DNA from: the human T2T-CHM13v2.0 reference genome, Homo sapiens
Assembly (NCBI RefSeq): GCF_009914755.1
Contig: NC_060931.1
Reading direction: 5' to 3' (one strand)
Length of the DNA: 64,000 nucleotides
The stretch's first letter is position 1, and each line of letters starts with the position of its first letter. Shown piece after piece: positions 1 through 16,137 of this stretch. A program made the translations under genes and the position numbers. The notes beneath the pieces were generated by a model that ran no database searches, was not told the origin of the DNA, and saw only the letters and a program-made list of their open reading frames with translations.

Positions 1-41
1 GGAAAAAAAAGCATTTGTGTTTGTTTTTAAGATCAATGTGG

Positions 42-365
42 GGCTGGGGGTGGTGGCTTATGCCTGTAATCCCAGCACTTTTGGAGGCCGAGGCAGGTGG
101 ATCACTTGAGGCCAGGAGTTCAAGACCAGCCTGGCCAAGATGGCAAAACACTGTCTCTAGTTAAAAAAAAAAAAAAAAATCGCCAGGTGTGGTGGGGCAC
201 ACCTGTAATAATCCCAGCTACTCCAGAGGCTAAGGCAGGAGAATCGCTTGAACTCCAGAGAAAGAGATTGCAGTGAGTTGAGATCACGCCACTGCACTCC
301 AGTGTGAGGTGACACAGTGAGACCCTGTCTCAAAAAAAAAAAAAAACAACCAAAAAAAAAAAAAA
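42..365 (+). mobile_element. Alu (AluS/J-like), full length
   Basis: GGCTGGG..GGTGGCTTATGCCTGTAATCCCAGCACTTT head, A-rich linker, right arm and A tail; AATGTGG occurs on both flanks. Confidence 0.95.
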
Positions 366-3300
366 GAATGTGGAATCTCTAGAGCGTGGCATTCATACCA
401 CCATCACCTGTTGCTGGTTCTCTCTTTGAAATACTGATTAGCCACTGTTCATAACTCTGTAGGTATTCAAATCATTTTAATTGTAGACCTGATGGATACG
501 GTGGGAAGGCAGAAATGGAAATCTTACAAGGTGGATGTTTATGCTGGCTGCCATTGCAGTATTTGGTTTCTTCATGCTGGCTTTTCGGGAGAAATTCCAA
601 AGGGAGGAGGTGAGCTCAGCTGTCAGTTACTAGCAGCTTCCTGCCTTTTCTTATCCTAAGACTTAATGTGAGAAAGTCTCAATCTTGGCTGTACGTAGAC
701 ATCTTTTGAGGAACGTACAAAAATGTTGATACCTATGGTAGATAAAAGAAAAGTTGATCCCTAGGCCCCACCCCTAATATGTAATTGGTTTGGGATGTGG
801 GGTGAGGATTTTTAAAAGTTCCCCATGTGAAGCCAAGGGAGAGAACTGCTGCTCAGAGGCTTCACTATAAATATGTTCACCAGAGAATCCCATTATAACA
901 CTGATTATTTTGGGGGCTATGACATCAGTGAACTAAACATTCAGTTGGATGAAACTCAGCCAAAGGCCAGAGGTTCTCGACCTTTGTGCTATACATGTAG
1001 TAACTGGCATAGCTGTGAATTGCATGTGGAGCTGTGGGAAGAAAGAGATCCTCTTGAGGCTTATTTGGAACTCTGCAGGAAGAAAAGAAGTCATCAACAT
1101 AAGAAAGGTCTCTATTAAAAAATTATGTTCGAGAAATACTGAACTTGATTTTAACATTATGAGGGCATCTAGTGTCTCTTGGAAGGCAAACGTCAATTGT
1201 CCTTTTCAGACTAATCTGAAATCTGTCCAGGGAACCTGGAGAAATGGTTTGCTTCTTTTCTGCTTGTTTGTTAGGGTCTATAGCTCAGTTCATTCCTTGT
1301 CACGTAGGACAGCCCTGTGTTTTCTTGCCCTCTGACCTGCTCTCCAAACTTCCAGAATATGGTTCTTTTCAGGAGTGAAGTTATCTAGGATTTGCTATCA
1401 CCAGGCTCTCCTACCTCTGTCATTCCCCAGTTCTCTCTATTGCAGTAACACTGAAACTTATTTAACCTGCCCATCACCTGTGCTGATATTTTCAAGGGGA
1501 AGAGGTGGAGATAGAAGCTATCCCACCAGCCCCATCCTTTGATGCCAGGTAACATGTGCAATATTTCCATTTAGAGTGGCCTTCCGGAACCAAAACTCCC
1601 AATCTGGGAAGGGATTCTGATATGACAACTTTCATGTGAAATAGGAAAAGTTTAATTGACAATGCCACAGGGGCCAATACCTGTAGGAGGATGGGATTCT
1701 TTCTAGATGATTGTGCTACAGGGATAGCGTTCATTAGGAAGTGTGGTATTTGGCCTGTGGCCTTATGGAGATAATACTATTTCTATCGCCTCTATTATAT
1801 TTTACATTCCAACCCTTTCTGAATGCTCCATGTATATTAATTCATTTAGCACCTGACTACTCCATTGTGAGCTCCTCAATAACCAGGTGTACACCCAGCC
1901 CCTGACTCATGGGAGGTGACCTATAGATGTTCACTAAATAAATGGATGAAAGTTTAACCAATCCAAGTGGAAGCAGGGGGAAAATGAAAGGAACTACTTC
2001 CGTCTCCTTCACAAAGACCAGGCTGACGATCTGACTTGTGGTGATGGGAGAAAAGTGTGGAAGATCTTGACTTAACATTTCTACCTGGAGCGCTGGGGTA
2101 CTCTTTTTCTGAGCCAATTTCACTCTTCCCAAAAGGCTGTTTGGTTCCAAATACACTAGGCATCAGTGTTAATTGCTTTTCTGAAATATCATTTTGTCAG
2201 CTTCGTTTAGATGTGGTAATTTGCAAAGCAACCCCCAGCAGTTGACAGTTCATCCATAGCTGAGTGGTGTTCAGACATTTCCTGGGATTCCTGCCCGCCT
2301 TCTATGCAGCTGGCAGTGTTTGCCAAACCAGGATATGTGCTCAACCGGGATTAACTTGGAACCAGTAGTGCTTTGTTGTGTCTGAGATTTTTTAAAATTC
2401 TGAAAGGGTGAAGGCCAACCATTAGTCCAGAAAATAAAAGTGCAGTAACTTATAATTTAAGAATTAGCAGGTGCTTCAAGATGACCTAGTCCACACTGGG
2501 TGGATGAGGAAATTATGGTTTGACAGGTTCAATGAGAAGGTCAGCTGGCTGGTCGCTGAGAGGCCAGGTCTACAATCTGTATCGTTTGTGTGGTACCAAA
2601 CTGTGCGCTGGGGTCTCTAGATTTATGCTTGTGTGGATGTGTTTCAGCTACTGTTTCTTTCTGAAGCTCTTTTTCCCTGGCCAGAGACTTCCTGAACCTC
2701 CTTCATACATGTTTCAAGGTCACAGCCCAGACCAAAGTGTTTACAAAAAAAACTAAGCACTTATAAAGAGGAATTATTGCCAGCTCCTGAACTCCCAATG
2801 CCCCAGCTCCAACTAAGCTCTGCAAACCAAGGAAGGGATGAAGTGGTCTTTGGAACCAGGAGTTTCTTGGTTTGGATGCCAATAGGAAAACGGATGAATT
2901 CTGTCTGATTTCTGCAGCAGGCGGAGGCTGCAGCTGCTGTTGCTGCCACCTCCTGGGAGAAGACAGACCTTAGCTTCATACCTGAAGCCAGCCTCAGTGT
3001 TCACCTGTGTCTTGGGCAAAGGGCCCATTGGGGCAGGACTGAAATTACTTTCTCCTGGAAAATAAAAGGGATATCCCCTTACTCAACAAACAGAACCCTG
3101 GTATTCTTTGCTTTTTGTTTGTTCGTTTTGGCAAGGTTATGCTTGAAGAAATAATCTCAAACAATGACAAAGTTGTAATGAGTTAATACCGGAACCATGA
3201 GAGAGCAGAAATAAGATTGAGGCAGAACCATTTGTTTTAGGAAAGTATCAGAGATTCCATCTCTTGGACTTCTGAATCCTGGGGTGATGTTAGGAATGCA

Positions 3301-3732
3301 CGCACTTGAGAATTGTATGATATAAAGGATGCATGAATTTGGTGAGTCTCAACCTCTAAGAGTCTCAGTTTACTTGTGGGGCTGTTATGAAAATTAATTG
3401 AGATAATGCATGTAACTTCCTCATATGAGAAGTGTTCAATGTGAATTATTTTGAGGCAAGTTCACTCTTATATCCCCATTGTGATTTTCTATATTTACGG
3501 ACCAAAAAAACTGGCCAACAGCCCCATGCCTTTAATTCTTTCTAGTCTTCTGATTTATAGATGATCCCTAAGCAAACTCCTTTTATTTATTTAAACATAA
3601 TAATACACTAGTGAGAAGAAATTCAGGAGGAACTAGGAGATTCAATTTAAAAAATATTTCTTGAGTGCCTACTATGTGCTGTATGTGTACAATATAGGTA
3701 TAGGCCTCAAAAATGTCCCCTGAAGTACATTA

Positions 3733-4040
<308 letters not shown>

Positions 4041-4444
4041 ATTACATTTGGAAAGTGGTTGAGAATTGGGGACTTGGGTTCTAGATTGAGATGTGTAAAC
4101 AGCCTGGTTGTATAAATGACCTTAGGCATGGCAGCTAACATATTTGGATATTAGTTTCTTCATCTGTTGCATAATAATATCATAAAAGGAAATGCTTTTA
4201 TTTACAGCAGAGCTTGCCTAGGGGATAGCGCATTGAATTCTGTGTTGTGCTTCAACTGCCCTTTAACAGTTAGCACTGTTAAAGAAAACATGAATTTTGA
4301 GTGATCCTGGTAAGCTGAAGGAAAACCCTTATAGGACCTATCTGAAGAATTTTTTCCCATGAAATATAGGTCTTGTTTTAACCAATCACATAGAGAGCTA
4401 TGGATTTACTCTGGCCTATTTGGAGTGTTTGTTTTTCATCCTTT

Positions 4445-4846
4445 GCTGTGGTTTGAATGTTTGTGTCCCCTCCAAAATTGATCTTGAAAAATTCCCAATG
4501 CAACAGCGTTAGGAGTTGAGGCCTTTAGGAGGTGGTTAGGGAATGATGCTCTGTCCTCATGAATGGGATTAGTAACCTTATAAAAGGGCTGGAAGGAGCT
4601 AGGCAGGCCCCCTTTTTGCCCTTCCATCCTTTCCACCATATGAGGACACAGCCATCCGTCCCCTCTGGAGGATGCAGCAACAAGGCGTCATCTTGGAAGC
4701 AGGGAGACTGGGCCCTCACCAGACACTGAACCTGCGGGTGCCTTGATTGTGGACTTCCAACCACCAGAACTGTGAGAAATGAATCTCTATTCTTTATGTG
4801 TTACCCAGTCTCAGTTACTTTGTTATAGAAGCATGAACAGACTCAA
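4445..4846 (+). mobile_element. MaLR solo LTR (MSTD/MLT1A-like)
   Basis: Starts TGCTGTGGTTTGAATGTTTGTGTCCCCTCCAAAA and ends CCAGAACTGTGAGAAAT..TTACCCAGTCTCAG..TTGTTATAG, which are typical MaLR LTR termini. Confidence 0.85.
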
Positions 4847-7723
4847 CCTTAAATAGCATAGCAACCATGAAACCCCTTCCTAACAATTAAAAACACATGC
4901 TTTTTGCCCTCAGCCAACTGGTGTGTTCCTTTGCCTGAAAAATAAACTCAGCTGTGTTTGTTTTGCTTTGTTAACTTTGGTGGCCTTTAGTAATATTATT
5001 ATTTGACAATTTGAACAGTACTATAGAGTTTACTTAGTTCCCATATAGCAACTTATTTGGGAAGAAATGTGATGCAATCCAACAGGATGGGCTTTTGAAC
5101 CAAAAATATTCTGGGTCTGTCACTGATTAGCTCTATTTCCTTGGATAAGTCATTGTATCAGTCAAGGTCCCAGTCTCTGCCTAGAATTCTTTCTGTTCAG
5201 GCTTTGTGGGGGTGACTCTTCATCACTGTACTAGTTTAAGTATTACCTTCTTAGAGAAGCTTTCTTTACCATCCAATCTAAAAATTACCCTGGTTTAGTC
5301 TCTACATAGCACAGACTAAAATTATCTGGTGGACTTATTTGTTATATTTTATTTTGCCCCACCAGAATATTAGCTGTATGAAGTAGGGCGCTTGTATGGC
5401 CTGTCTGCTTACCCCTGGCACATCACAGCCTTTCCATAAATATATGTTGCAAGGAAAAGAGAGTGGATAGCGACAAACCAAACACAATGAGTTATTCTCT
5501 CTCTCAGGGAAATATTTAATATGGAGACGCATACTGAAAGGCATTGGAGAGTGATATGGTTTGGCTCTGTGTCCCCACCCAGATCTCATCTCAAATTATA
5601 ATCCCCACGTGTCAGGGAAAGGACCTGGTGGGAGGTAACTGGATCATGAGGGTGGATTTCCCCTATTCTGTTCACATGATAGTGAGTTCTCAGGAGAGCT
5701 GATGGTTTAAAAGTGTGGCACATCCCCCCTTGCTCTCTCCCTCCTGCCACCTTGTGAAGAAGGTGCTTGCTTCTCCTTCACCTTCCACCATGATTACGTT
5801 TCCTGAGGCCTCCCCAGCCATGTGAAACTGTGAGTCAATTAAACCTCCTTTCTTCATAAATTACTCAGTCTCAGGTAGTTCTTTATAGCAGTGTGAGAAT
5901 GGAGTAATACAGATAATTGGTACCAGGAGTGGGGCACTGCTATAAAGATACCTAAAAATGTGGAAGTGACTTTGGAACTGGATTATGGGCAAAGGTTGGA
6001 ACGGTTTGGACGGCTCAGAAGAATACAGGAAGATGTGGGAAAATTTGGAACTTCTGAGAGACTTGTTGAATGGTTTTGACCAAAATGCTGATAGTGATAT
6101 GGACCATGAAGTCCAGGCTGAGGTGGTCTCAGATAGAGATAAGGAACTCACTGGGAACTGGAGCAAAAGTCACTCTTGCTATGCTTTAGCAAACAGACTG
6201 GTGGCATTTTGCCCCTGCCCTAGAGAGCTGTGAAGCTATAAACCTGAGAAAGATTATTTAAGGTATCTAGCAGAAGAAATTTCTAAGCAGCAAAGCACTG
6301 AAGATGTGATCTGTTTATGAAAGTTTACAGTCATATGCATTCACAAAGAGATGATCTGAAATTGCAACTTATGTTTAAAAGGAAAGCAGAGCATAAAAGT
6401 TTGGAAAATTTGCAGCCTGACCATGTGGAAGAATAGAAAAACTCATCTCCTGGGGAGAAATTCAAGCTGCCAGCTGCAAAAATTGGGTAAATAAAGAAGA
6501 ACCAAATGTTAATTGCCAAGACAATGCAGAAAATGTCTCCAGGGCAATTCAGAGACCTTCATGGCAGCCCCTCCCATCACAGGCCCAGAGGCCTAGGAGG
6601 GAAAAATGGTTTCATGGGCTGGTACCAGGGCCCCACTACTCTGCAGGCTTGGGACATGGCACCCTGCATCCCAGCCACAGTTGGGGGATGCAGGATGCCA
6701 TGCCCATTTTAGCCACAACTACAGCTCCAGTTGTGGCTAAAAGGGGCCAAGGTACAGCTTGGGCTGTTGCTCCAGAGTGTGCTGCCCCATATCTTGGTGG
6801 CTTCTATGTGGTATTGGGCCTGTAGGTGTGCAGAAGGCAACAGTTAAAGTTTGAGAATCCTCCGCCTAGATTTCAGAGGATGTGTGGAAACACCTGGATA
6901 TCCAGGCAGAAGTCTGCTGCAGGGGTAGAGCCCTCATGGAAAACCTCTACTAGGGCAGTGCAGAGGGGAAATGTGGAATGCGAGCTCCCACATGGAGTCC
7001 CCACTGGGGCACTGCCTAGTGGACCTGTGAGAAGAGGACAACCATCCTCCAGGCCCCAGAATGGCAGATCCACCAAGAGGTTGTACTGTGCACCTGGAAA
7101 AGCTGCAGGAACTCAAGGGCAGCCCATGAAAGCAGCTGCAGGGGCTGTACCCCGCAGAGTCACAGGAGCGGAGTTACCTAAGGCCTTGGGAGCCTACCTC
7201 TTGCATCAGCATGCTCTGGATGTGAGACATGGAGTCAAAGGAGATTATTTTGGAGCTTGAAGATTTAATGACTGCCAAGTTTCAGACTGGCAGTGGGGCC
7301 TGTAACCCCTCTGTTTTGGCCAGTTTCTCCATTTGGAATGGAAGCATTTACCCAATACCTGAACCCCTATTGTATCTTGGAAGTAACTAACTTGTTTTTT
7401 TATTTTACAGGCTCCTAGGCAGAAGGGACTTACCTTGTCTCAGAAGAGACTTTGGACTGTGACCTTTTGAGTTAATGCTGGAATAGGACTTTCGGTGGCT
7501 GTTGAGGAGGAATAATTGTATTTTGCAATCTGAAAAGGACATGAAATTGGGGAGGGGCCAGGGGCAGAATGATATGGTTTGGCCCTGTGCCCCCACCCAA
7601 ATCTTTTCTCAAGTTGTAATCCCCATGAGTCAAGGGAGGGACCTGCTGGGAGGTGAATGGATCATAGGGGCAGATTTCCCCCATGCTCTTCTCATGATGT
7701 GAGTGAATTCTCATGAGATCTGA

Positions 7724-8201
<478 letters not shown>

Positions 8202-8210
8202 TCAGGTAGG

Positions 8211-8523
8211 TTTTTTTTGTTTTGTTTTTTCTTTTTTTTTTGAGACAGAGTTTCACTCCTTTTGCCCAGGCTGTAGTGCAATGGCATGATCTCAGCTCAC
8301 CGCAACGTCCATCTCCCAGGTTCAAGTGATTCTCCTGCCTCAGCCTCCTGAGTAGCTGGGATTATAGGCATGTGCCACCACGCCTGGCTAATTTTGTATT
8401 TTTAGTAGAGACAGGGTTTCTCCATGTTAGTCAAGCTGGCTGCCAACTCCCAACCTCAGGTGATCCACCCACCTTGGCCTCCCAAAGTGCTGGGATTACA
8501 GGCGTGAGCCACCATGCCCAACC
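8211..8523 (-). mobile_element. AluS inside THE1D 3' LTR, tandem to the previous Alu
   Basis: T-rich tail followed by GAGACAGAGTTTCACTC ... GAGCCACCATGCCCAACC. Confidence 0.93.
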
Positions 8524-9046
8524 TAGGTAGTTCCTTATAGCAATGTGAGAATGGACGAATACAGATTTTACTCTCTGTAAAGATGGTAGCTTGTGGGGGA
8601 TGATAAGACAACTGGGTCACTAGAGCTGGTGTGTCACCATAGCTGCTGTTATGCCTAAAAAAATGATGATCCATTGTCCAGTTTTCTATAAGGTTCAATA
8701 TGTCTCAATCTTCGAATTGCAAGGGAACTAGACAGATTATAATTTCCAGGCTTTCCCTGTGTATCTTACAATAAACCCCATCACTTAAAATCATGTCCTG
8801 TAGACAAAGGAGAGTTAAGATGTACCGAGGAGTTCTGAGGGTCTAACTACTAGGAGCCTCCTGCAGATTTTGAAATTTCTCTTGTCTTCTATTTTATCTT
8901 ACCATTGTTGACCTAAAAGGAAGAAGCTGAGGCAAAATTAATATAAGTAGAGAGTTTATTTGGGACAAGCTTGAGGATTGCAACTTAGTAACATAGATTC
9001 TAGTTGCCGTGAATATACATTCTGAGTAGCAGCAGTTACAAGTGGA

Positions 9047-9671
<625 letters not shown>

Positions 9672-11618
9672 CACAAGTGGGTTTTTAAAAGGAAAGAAGA
9701 GGCAGTTCCTGAGTTATTTACCAATAATTTACATTAACATAACATAAGCTATTGATTGGCTATCCATTATTAAGCTATAGGATATGGGTTATAATGTCTG
9801 GTGCAGCACCAGTAGGCTAATTTTCAGCTACTTGTGGCAATAGTAAGCAGTATAAAAAGATGAGTACATGCCTCAAAAGGGGGTGTGTGTAGGACAGGAT
9901 TGCCGTCTCATTTTAATACCTCTCTGGATCTGATAATTGGAAAGGACTTGCATTCTTCAGATAAAAGTTCTTTTTCTCATTTCTTCCTTTTGATCAAAAA
10001 TCTTTCCTTTTGAAAGCACTGATGATCAAAATCTGAGTGTCAAGGTATCCCTCATTGCCAGAAAGGCTCATGCCCAGGTAGTCCTACCAGTCATTGATTT
10101 ATAGCTGCCATCACTTGTGGAATCACCTCTTCAGTGTACCATGAATTTAGTTTTCTCAGAAGAAATAAAACAATGAGAGATACACAGCGGAAATATTTTG
10201 AGGTTCCCAGGCCTGTCAGAAAGTGACATTCTTTACTTAACACAGGACAGAAATCTTGAAAGGGAACTACGTAGACAAGGGACCAGGCCAGTCTTTCCAA
10301 GAGGCTTTCTAATTGCCTCTATAGAGTCAACCTCCATTCTTCAAAGCAGTCTGGTCATATCTGAAAATATGTCATTCCAGTCAAATCCTTAGTAAAATAA
10401 CAAGTGTCTCCAATTATATCCTGTTACAGAAAAAAGATTCTTATTAAATCTATGCAAATAACTAGATTGCCATAAAATAAGAGTACTCATGAATAGTTTC
10501 CAAATTTTGGAGTAATCAGGTAGAGAGAAAGGCAGATGTTTCAATGTTGCTCACAAAGGTATTTTTACCCAATTGTTATAAAGTATAAATAAATAGCTCA
10601 AGGAAAAAAAGTTTTCTTGACTCTGGAAGACAAAATAAAAAAAAAAACCAGCAATGTTTTAAATAAAAAGTCAGCAAATCTTTTCAGTCTTCTGTCAGTT
10701 CAGTCACATGTAATTAATTCGTGTTCTGCTTGATGTTGAGTTAGCAATCTAAGGAACACATCAGTTTATTACATACCTGAAAGTTGTTACTTAGTCCAAT
10801 GATATGATCTCCAAAGTTATCAGAAACCTGTATTCAAGAGTACTTGTCAGGGTCCTATTCTATGAATTTCCTTGAAGAAAAAGCAAATTTTGAATTATAG
10901 ACAATTGTAACTGCTTTATGAGAAGAGAAATAAAACTAATTGTTTTAGATAGCAAAAGACTTAGAATAGCCATGGTTAAAGATGCAATTGACAAGGAAAT
11001 TTGGTTATTCCTGTGGTTTACAACAGTTTAACATAATAATCATAATTATGACTGATAACATATACCAAGACACATTAAAATTTTAGGAATCTCATACAAA
11101 ACACATTCATCCTAATATAACTCAAAGAAAGTTAAACACCATTATTTCTTTGACAATGCTTTCCATATGATTTTAACATGCTAAATATGCCTAATATTCC
11201 TCTCTTGGACTTCCAGAGGTTCCTTTTGGAAAATACTTAATTTTAGAATTTGAAATTTGATTTTAGGAAGTATGTCCAATTTAAAAGTTTAAAATATTTG
11301 ACCAAATAGGATCATAAGTCACTGTAAAATAGTATTCATTCATTTAGCCAAAGTGATAATTCAAAGATTGCAAAAAGCAAAACCCTTTACTCTTTGATAG
11401 AGAGTAAACTCGGTTTTCCAAACAATCCAAAGACCTTATAAAGACGGCATGAGACCAACAGAATCTCTCTTTCCCATTTTTTTTTTTACTTAAAAGGTGA
11501 CCTTTTTTTTACTGTTTCTTAAAAATACTTAAAAATCTTATTCAAAAGAGAAAACCAAATTTTACTTTTGCATCAGTATATTATTAATCCTAAAGCTAAT
11601 TTCATTAAATCCTTATAA

Positions 11619-11968
<350 letters not shown>

Positions 11969-14033
11969 CTCAGTTTTAACTGCATAAAATTTCTATAACC
12001 TTTAAAAATTTTTCTATTAAAGAGCAGATTAATGCTCCAAGAAAGCCCTGTTATTCTGAAACAGGGGTCCCACATCAGTGTGCTTTAAATATCAATGCAT
12101 AATTTTTAGAAAAGTTAATAATCTCCTTCTAATTTTAGCCAACTTTATCACATACAAAATTCTTTTCATGAGATTAATCTTATACAAACCTTTTACAACT
12201 TGCTTACACCTTCAGTTTTGTCCTATACTTCATTTTTCTTATATTGGTATTCTACTTAGGACAAAGATTTACTATCCCCCTTATCATTTTGACCAAAGTC
12301 CCCTCTTACGTAAAGGAAAAAAATTACCCTTTTCAACTTTCTTTACATCTTCTTTATATGCTCTCTATGTAAATTTCTGGCCTAGTAGTTTTAGTTACAT
12401 ATATTAACCACAATGTTAACTCTTAGTAACCCTAATTTTCAGTGAAAAACCTAAGAAGTAAGCAACTTTATGTACCGTATGCAGAGCTCAGGACAAATGA
12501 CAGTGCTATGGAGACAATGCCTGGAGGATCCAACTCCTTGCAGTAAAGCCAAGAGGCACAGCTCAACTAGGGATGATGGGGCCCAGGCACTGTCCCCAGG
12601 GCCACTTGTCTAGTCCTCAGAATCTAAAGGCTCAAATCCAAAGACATAAGCTCATAGACAAATTAAGCAAATACCAAAAAATACCATAAAAGCAATGGCC
12701 TTATGACCTTAAGACATTTAGCAGAGACAGTATAAACCAGTCTAACCAATAGATCTAGGCAAACATGTCTAAATTAAAATTTGAAGACGTTTCTATTTTA
12801 CTTTACCAATAATTTAAAAACTATCTTAATTTAAACCCAAGATTACTAAAGTCAAGTGACCATGGAAAGCATTTGGGTTGGTTGTATTATTTATGAGCAC
12901 GTTTTCTATAAGTCAGTGGTACCATGTAGACAATATATAAACAGACATGTATACATGGTACACATAAATCAGACAGACACAGATAATGACTTTATAGCTT
13001 TAATTAAAAAATTTTAGCCACATTGAAACTGCTGGTGAACTGAGGTAAGAAAAACAAAACAAAACCAAGCAGAGAAAAAAATTTTAGTCATGAGACTGGT
13101 AAAACTCACTAGTTTTACAAGGACAGTTGGATTCAAACTGTACCTTTGTAAATGGAAAAGTTTAAAGTTTATCTGTTCCACATGGCTGAAGCTCGTACTG
13201 AGTTTTAGAGAAAATGCAGTAGTAACTTTATATCTCAAAGTACAAGGAGAAAGAATTTAAGCCTTTTCAAGGAGGAGTTTGGGTGTGTTGGAAGAAAATT
13301 AAAAATGGATGCCAAGGTAATACAAAATCACAGGAATCTATCATTGGATTTTATAAGGAGACCTATTTCACTTAGATAAGTAGCTTTTAATTTAGTCTGT
13401 TTTCCAGTTGGATCACTGAGCTCAGGGCAGAGCCCATTAAGGAGCAGGGCCATCAAAGCATTTACAGTTTTTAGAGCCTAATAATTTAAATATGTGAAAA
13501 GCAGATGCAATTGAAGGCAGAGCATCTAGAGCTTTATAAATTAAGGATTCCATTTTTAGGCTGAATCCTGGGTCCCCAAAAAGAGGGAAACTCCATGGGA
13601 CTGGGCTATGCAACACTTTCATGGTGTACTTCAATACAAAAACATTTCTCTAAGTATTTAAACCGTGCCTTTCTTATCTTAACCAGCAAAGAAACCAGTA
13701 ACTCCCTGTAGTAATAATAATAACCATTCACTGTAAACAACTGCTGTCAGCCACCTCCAGTAACTTGCCAGCCATCACATACACAAAGGTTAAGTGTTCT
13801 CTCACAGAACAAAGTAATATCCAGTACTCCTAAAAGTCAAAGGGATCAGGCGACACGATACAAAAGAGAGCAGAGTTTTGTGCTGGAAACTGTCATGAAA
13901 TCTCTCCATGACTCTTCACACTCCACAGGAAGATAGAAGACCCCAGAAAGGGAGTGAGAGGCAGCTTTTTCTGTCTTCCTTTAGGGGTCTGAGTCATTAG
14001 AAGTCTCCTCTAGATCTTTTCATGTGGTACTGA

Positions 14034-14368
<335 letters not shown>

Positions 14369-14710
14369 TTGTTTGTTGTTTTGAGAGAGAGGGTCTCTCT
14401 GTTCTGCGGTACTGAAAGAAAAATAAAAAAATAGAAACAGGGTGTTGCTCTGTCACACAAGCGGGAGTGCGGTGTGACATGATTACAGTTCATCTAGCCT
14501 TGACACATTCTGGGCTTAAATGATCCTCGACCTCAGCTTCCTAAGCAGCTGGGACTACAGGCACACACCACCATGCCAAGATAAGTTTTGCTTTTACTTT
14601 TTGTAGAGACAGGGACTCATTACATTGACCAGGCCGGACTCAAGCAATCCTCCCACTGTGGCCTCCCGAAGTGGGCTGGGATTACAGACATCAGCCACCA
14701 TGCCTGCGTG
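14369..14710 (-). mobile_element. AluJ-like element, rearranged at the tail end
   Basis: Diverged antisense Alu (GGGCTTAAATGATCCTC..CTCAAGCAATCCTCCCAC). Confidence 0.75.
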
Positions 14711-15246
14711 AATCTGTTTTTAATGAAGCTGGCTTTTGACTATGGAGTTCTTAAACACTTTTCGAGAAGGGGCCAAGATGGCCGAATAGAAACAGCTCCA
14801 GTCTGCAGCTCCCAGCGAGACCAATGCAGAAGGCAGGTGATTTCTTCATTTCCAACTAAGGTACCCAGTTCATTCCATTGGGACTGGTTAGACAGTGGGT
14901 GCAACCCATGGAGAGCAAGCAGAAGGGTGGGGCATTGCTTCACCACGGAAGTGCAAGGAGCTGGGGGACCTCCCTCCCCTAGCCAAGGGAAGCCGTGAGG
15001 GACTGTGCTACCCAGCCTGGATACTATGCTTTTCCCACGGTATTTGCAAGCCGGAGATCAGGAGAGTCCTTCGTGAGCCTACACCACCAGGGCCCTGGGT
15101 TTCAAGCACAAAACCAGGAGGCTGTTTGGGCAGGCACTGAGCTAGCTACAGTTTTTTCATACCCCAGTGGCGCCTGGAACCCCAGTGAGACAGAACTGTT
15201 CACTCCCCTGGAAAGGAGGCTGAAGCCAGGGAGTCAAGTGGTCTTG

Positions 15247-15375
15247 CTAAGTGGGTCCCACTCCCACGGAGCCCAGAAAGCTAAGAACCACTGGCTTGAA
15301 ATTCTCACTGCCAGCACACCAGTCTGAAGTCAACCTGGGACAATTGAGCTTGGTGGGGGGAGGGGCATCTGCCAT
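15247..15375 (-). pseudogene. L1 antisense ORF0 homologue (42 aa, truncated)
   Basis: MADAPPPTKLNCPRLTSDWCAG...GSVGVGPT* aligns with L1HS ORF0 MAGAPPPASLPPCSLISDCCAS...SVGVGPS. Confidence 0.6.
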
Positions 15376-16137
15376 TACTGAGGCTTTAGTAGGCAGTTTT
15401 CCCCTGATAGTGATAAGGAGACTGGGAGGTTTGGACTGGGCAGAATTCACCACAGTGTGGCAAAGCGGCTGTGGCCAGACTGCTTCTCTAGATTCCTCCT
15501 CACTGGGCAGGGCATCTCTGAAGCAAAGGTAACAGCCCCAGTCAGGGGCTTACAGATAAAACTCTCACCTCCCTGGGACAGAGCACTGGATTGTCCCCAG
15601 AGCACTGCGGAGGGGCTGCTGTGGGCACAGCTTCAGCAGCCTTAATCTTTCCTGCCTGCTGGCTCTGAAGAGAGCAGCTGATCCTGACAAAGGGTATTCT
15701 CCCAACACAGGGTACCAGCTCTGCAAAGGGATGAAGTGCCTCCTTAAGTGGGTCCCTGACCCCCATGCCTCCTGACTGGGAGAAACCTCCCAACAGGGCT
15801 TGACAGAAACCTCCCAACAGGGGTTGACAGACACCTCATATAGGAGAGCTCCGGCTGGCATCAGGCTGGTGCCCCTCTGGGACAAAGCTTACAGAGGAAG
15901 GAGCAGGCAGCAATCTTTGCTGTTCTGCAACCTCCACTGGTGATACCCAGGCAAATAGGGTCTAGAGAGGATGTTTAGCAAACTGCAGCAGACTTGCAGA
16001 AGAGGGGCCTGACTGTTAGAAGAAAAACTAACAAACAGAAAGCAACAACAACATCATCAACAAAAAAGACTCCCACACAAAAACTCCCATCCAAATGTCA
16101 TCAGCCTCAAATATCAAAGGTAGATAAATCCACGAAG

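Noticed and set aside
2560-3300. Non-repetitive block as a hidden exon or enhancer
   Set aside because: No recognisable protein similarity or paired splice sites; only generic E-boxes, so it cannot be supported without conservation or chromatin data.
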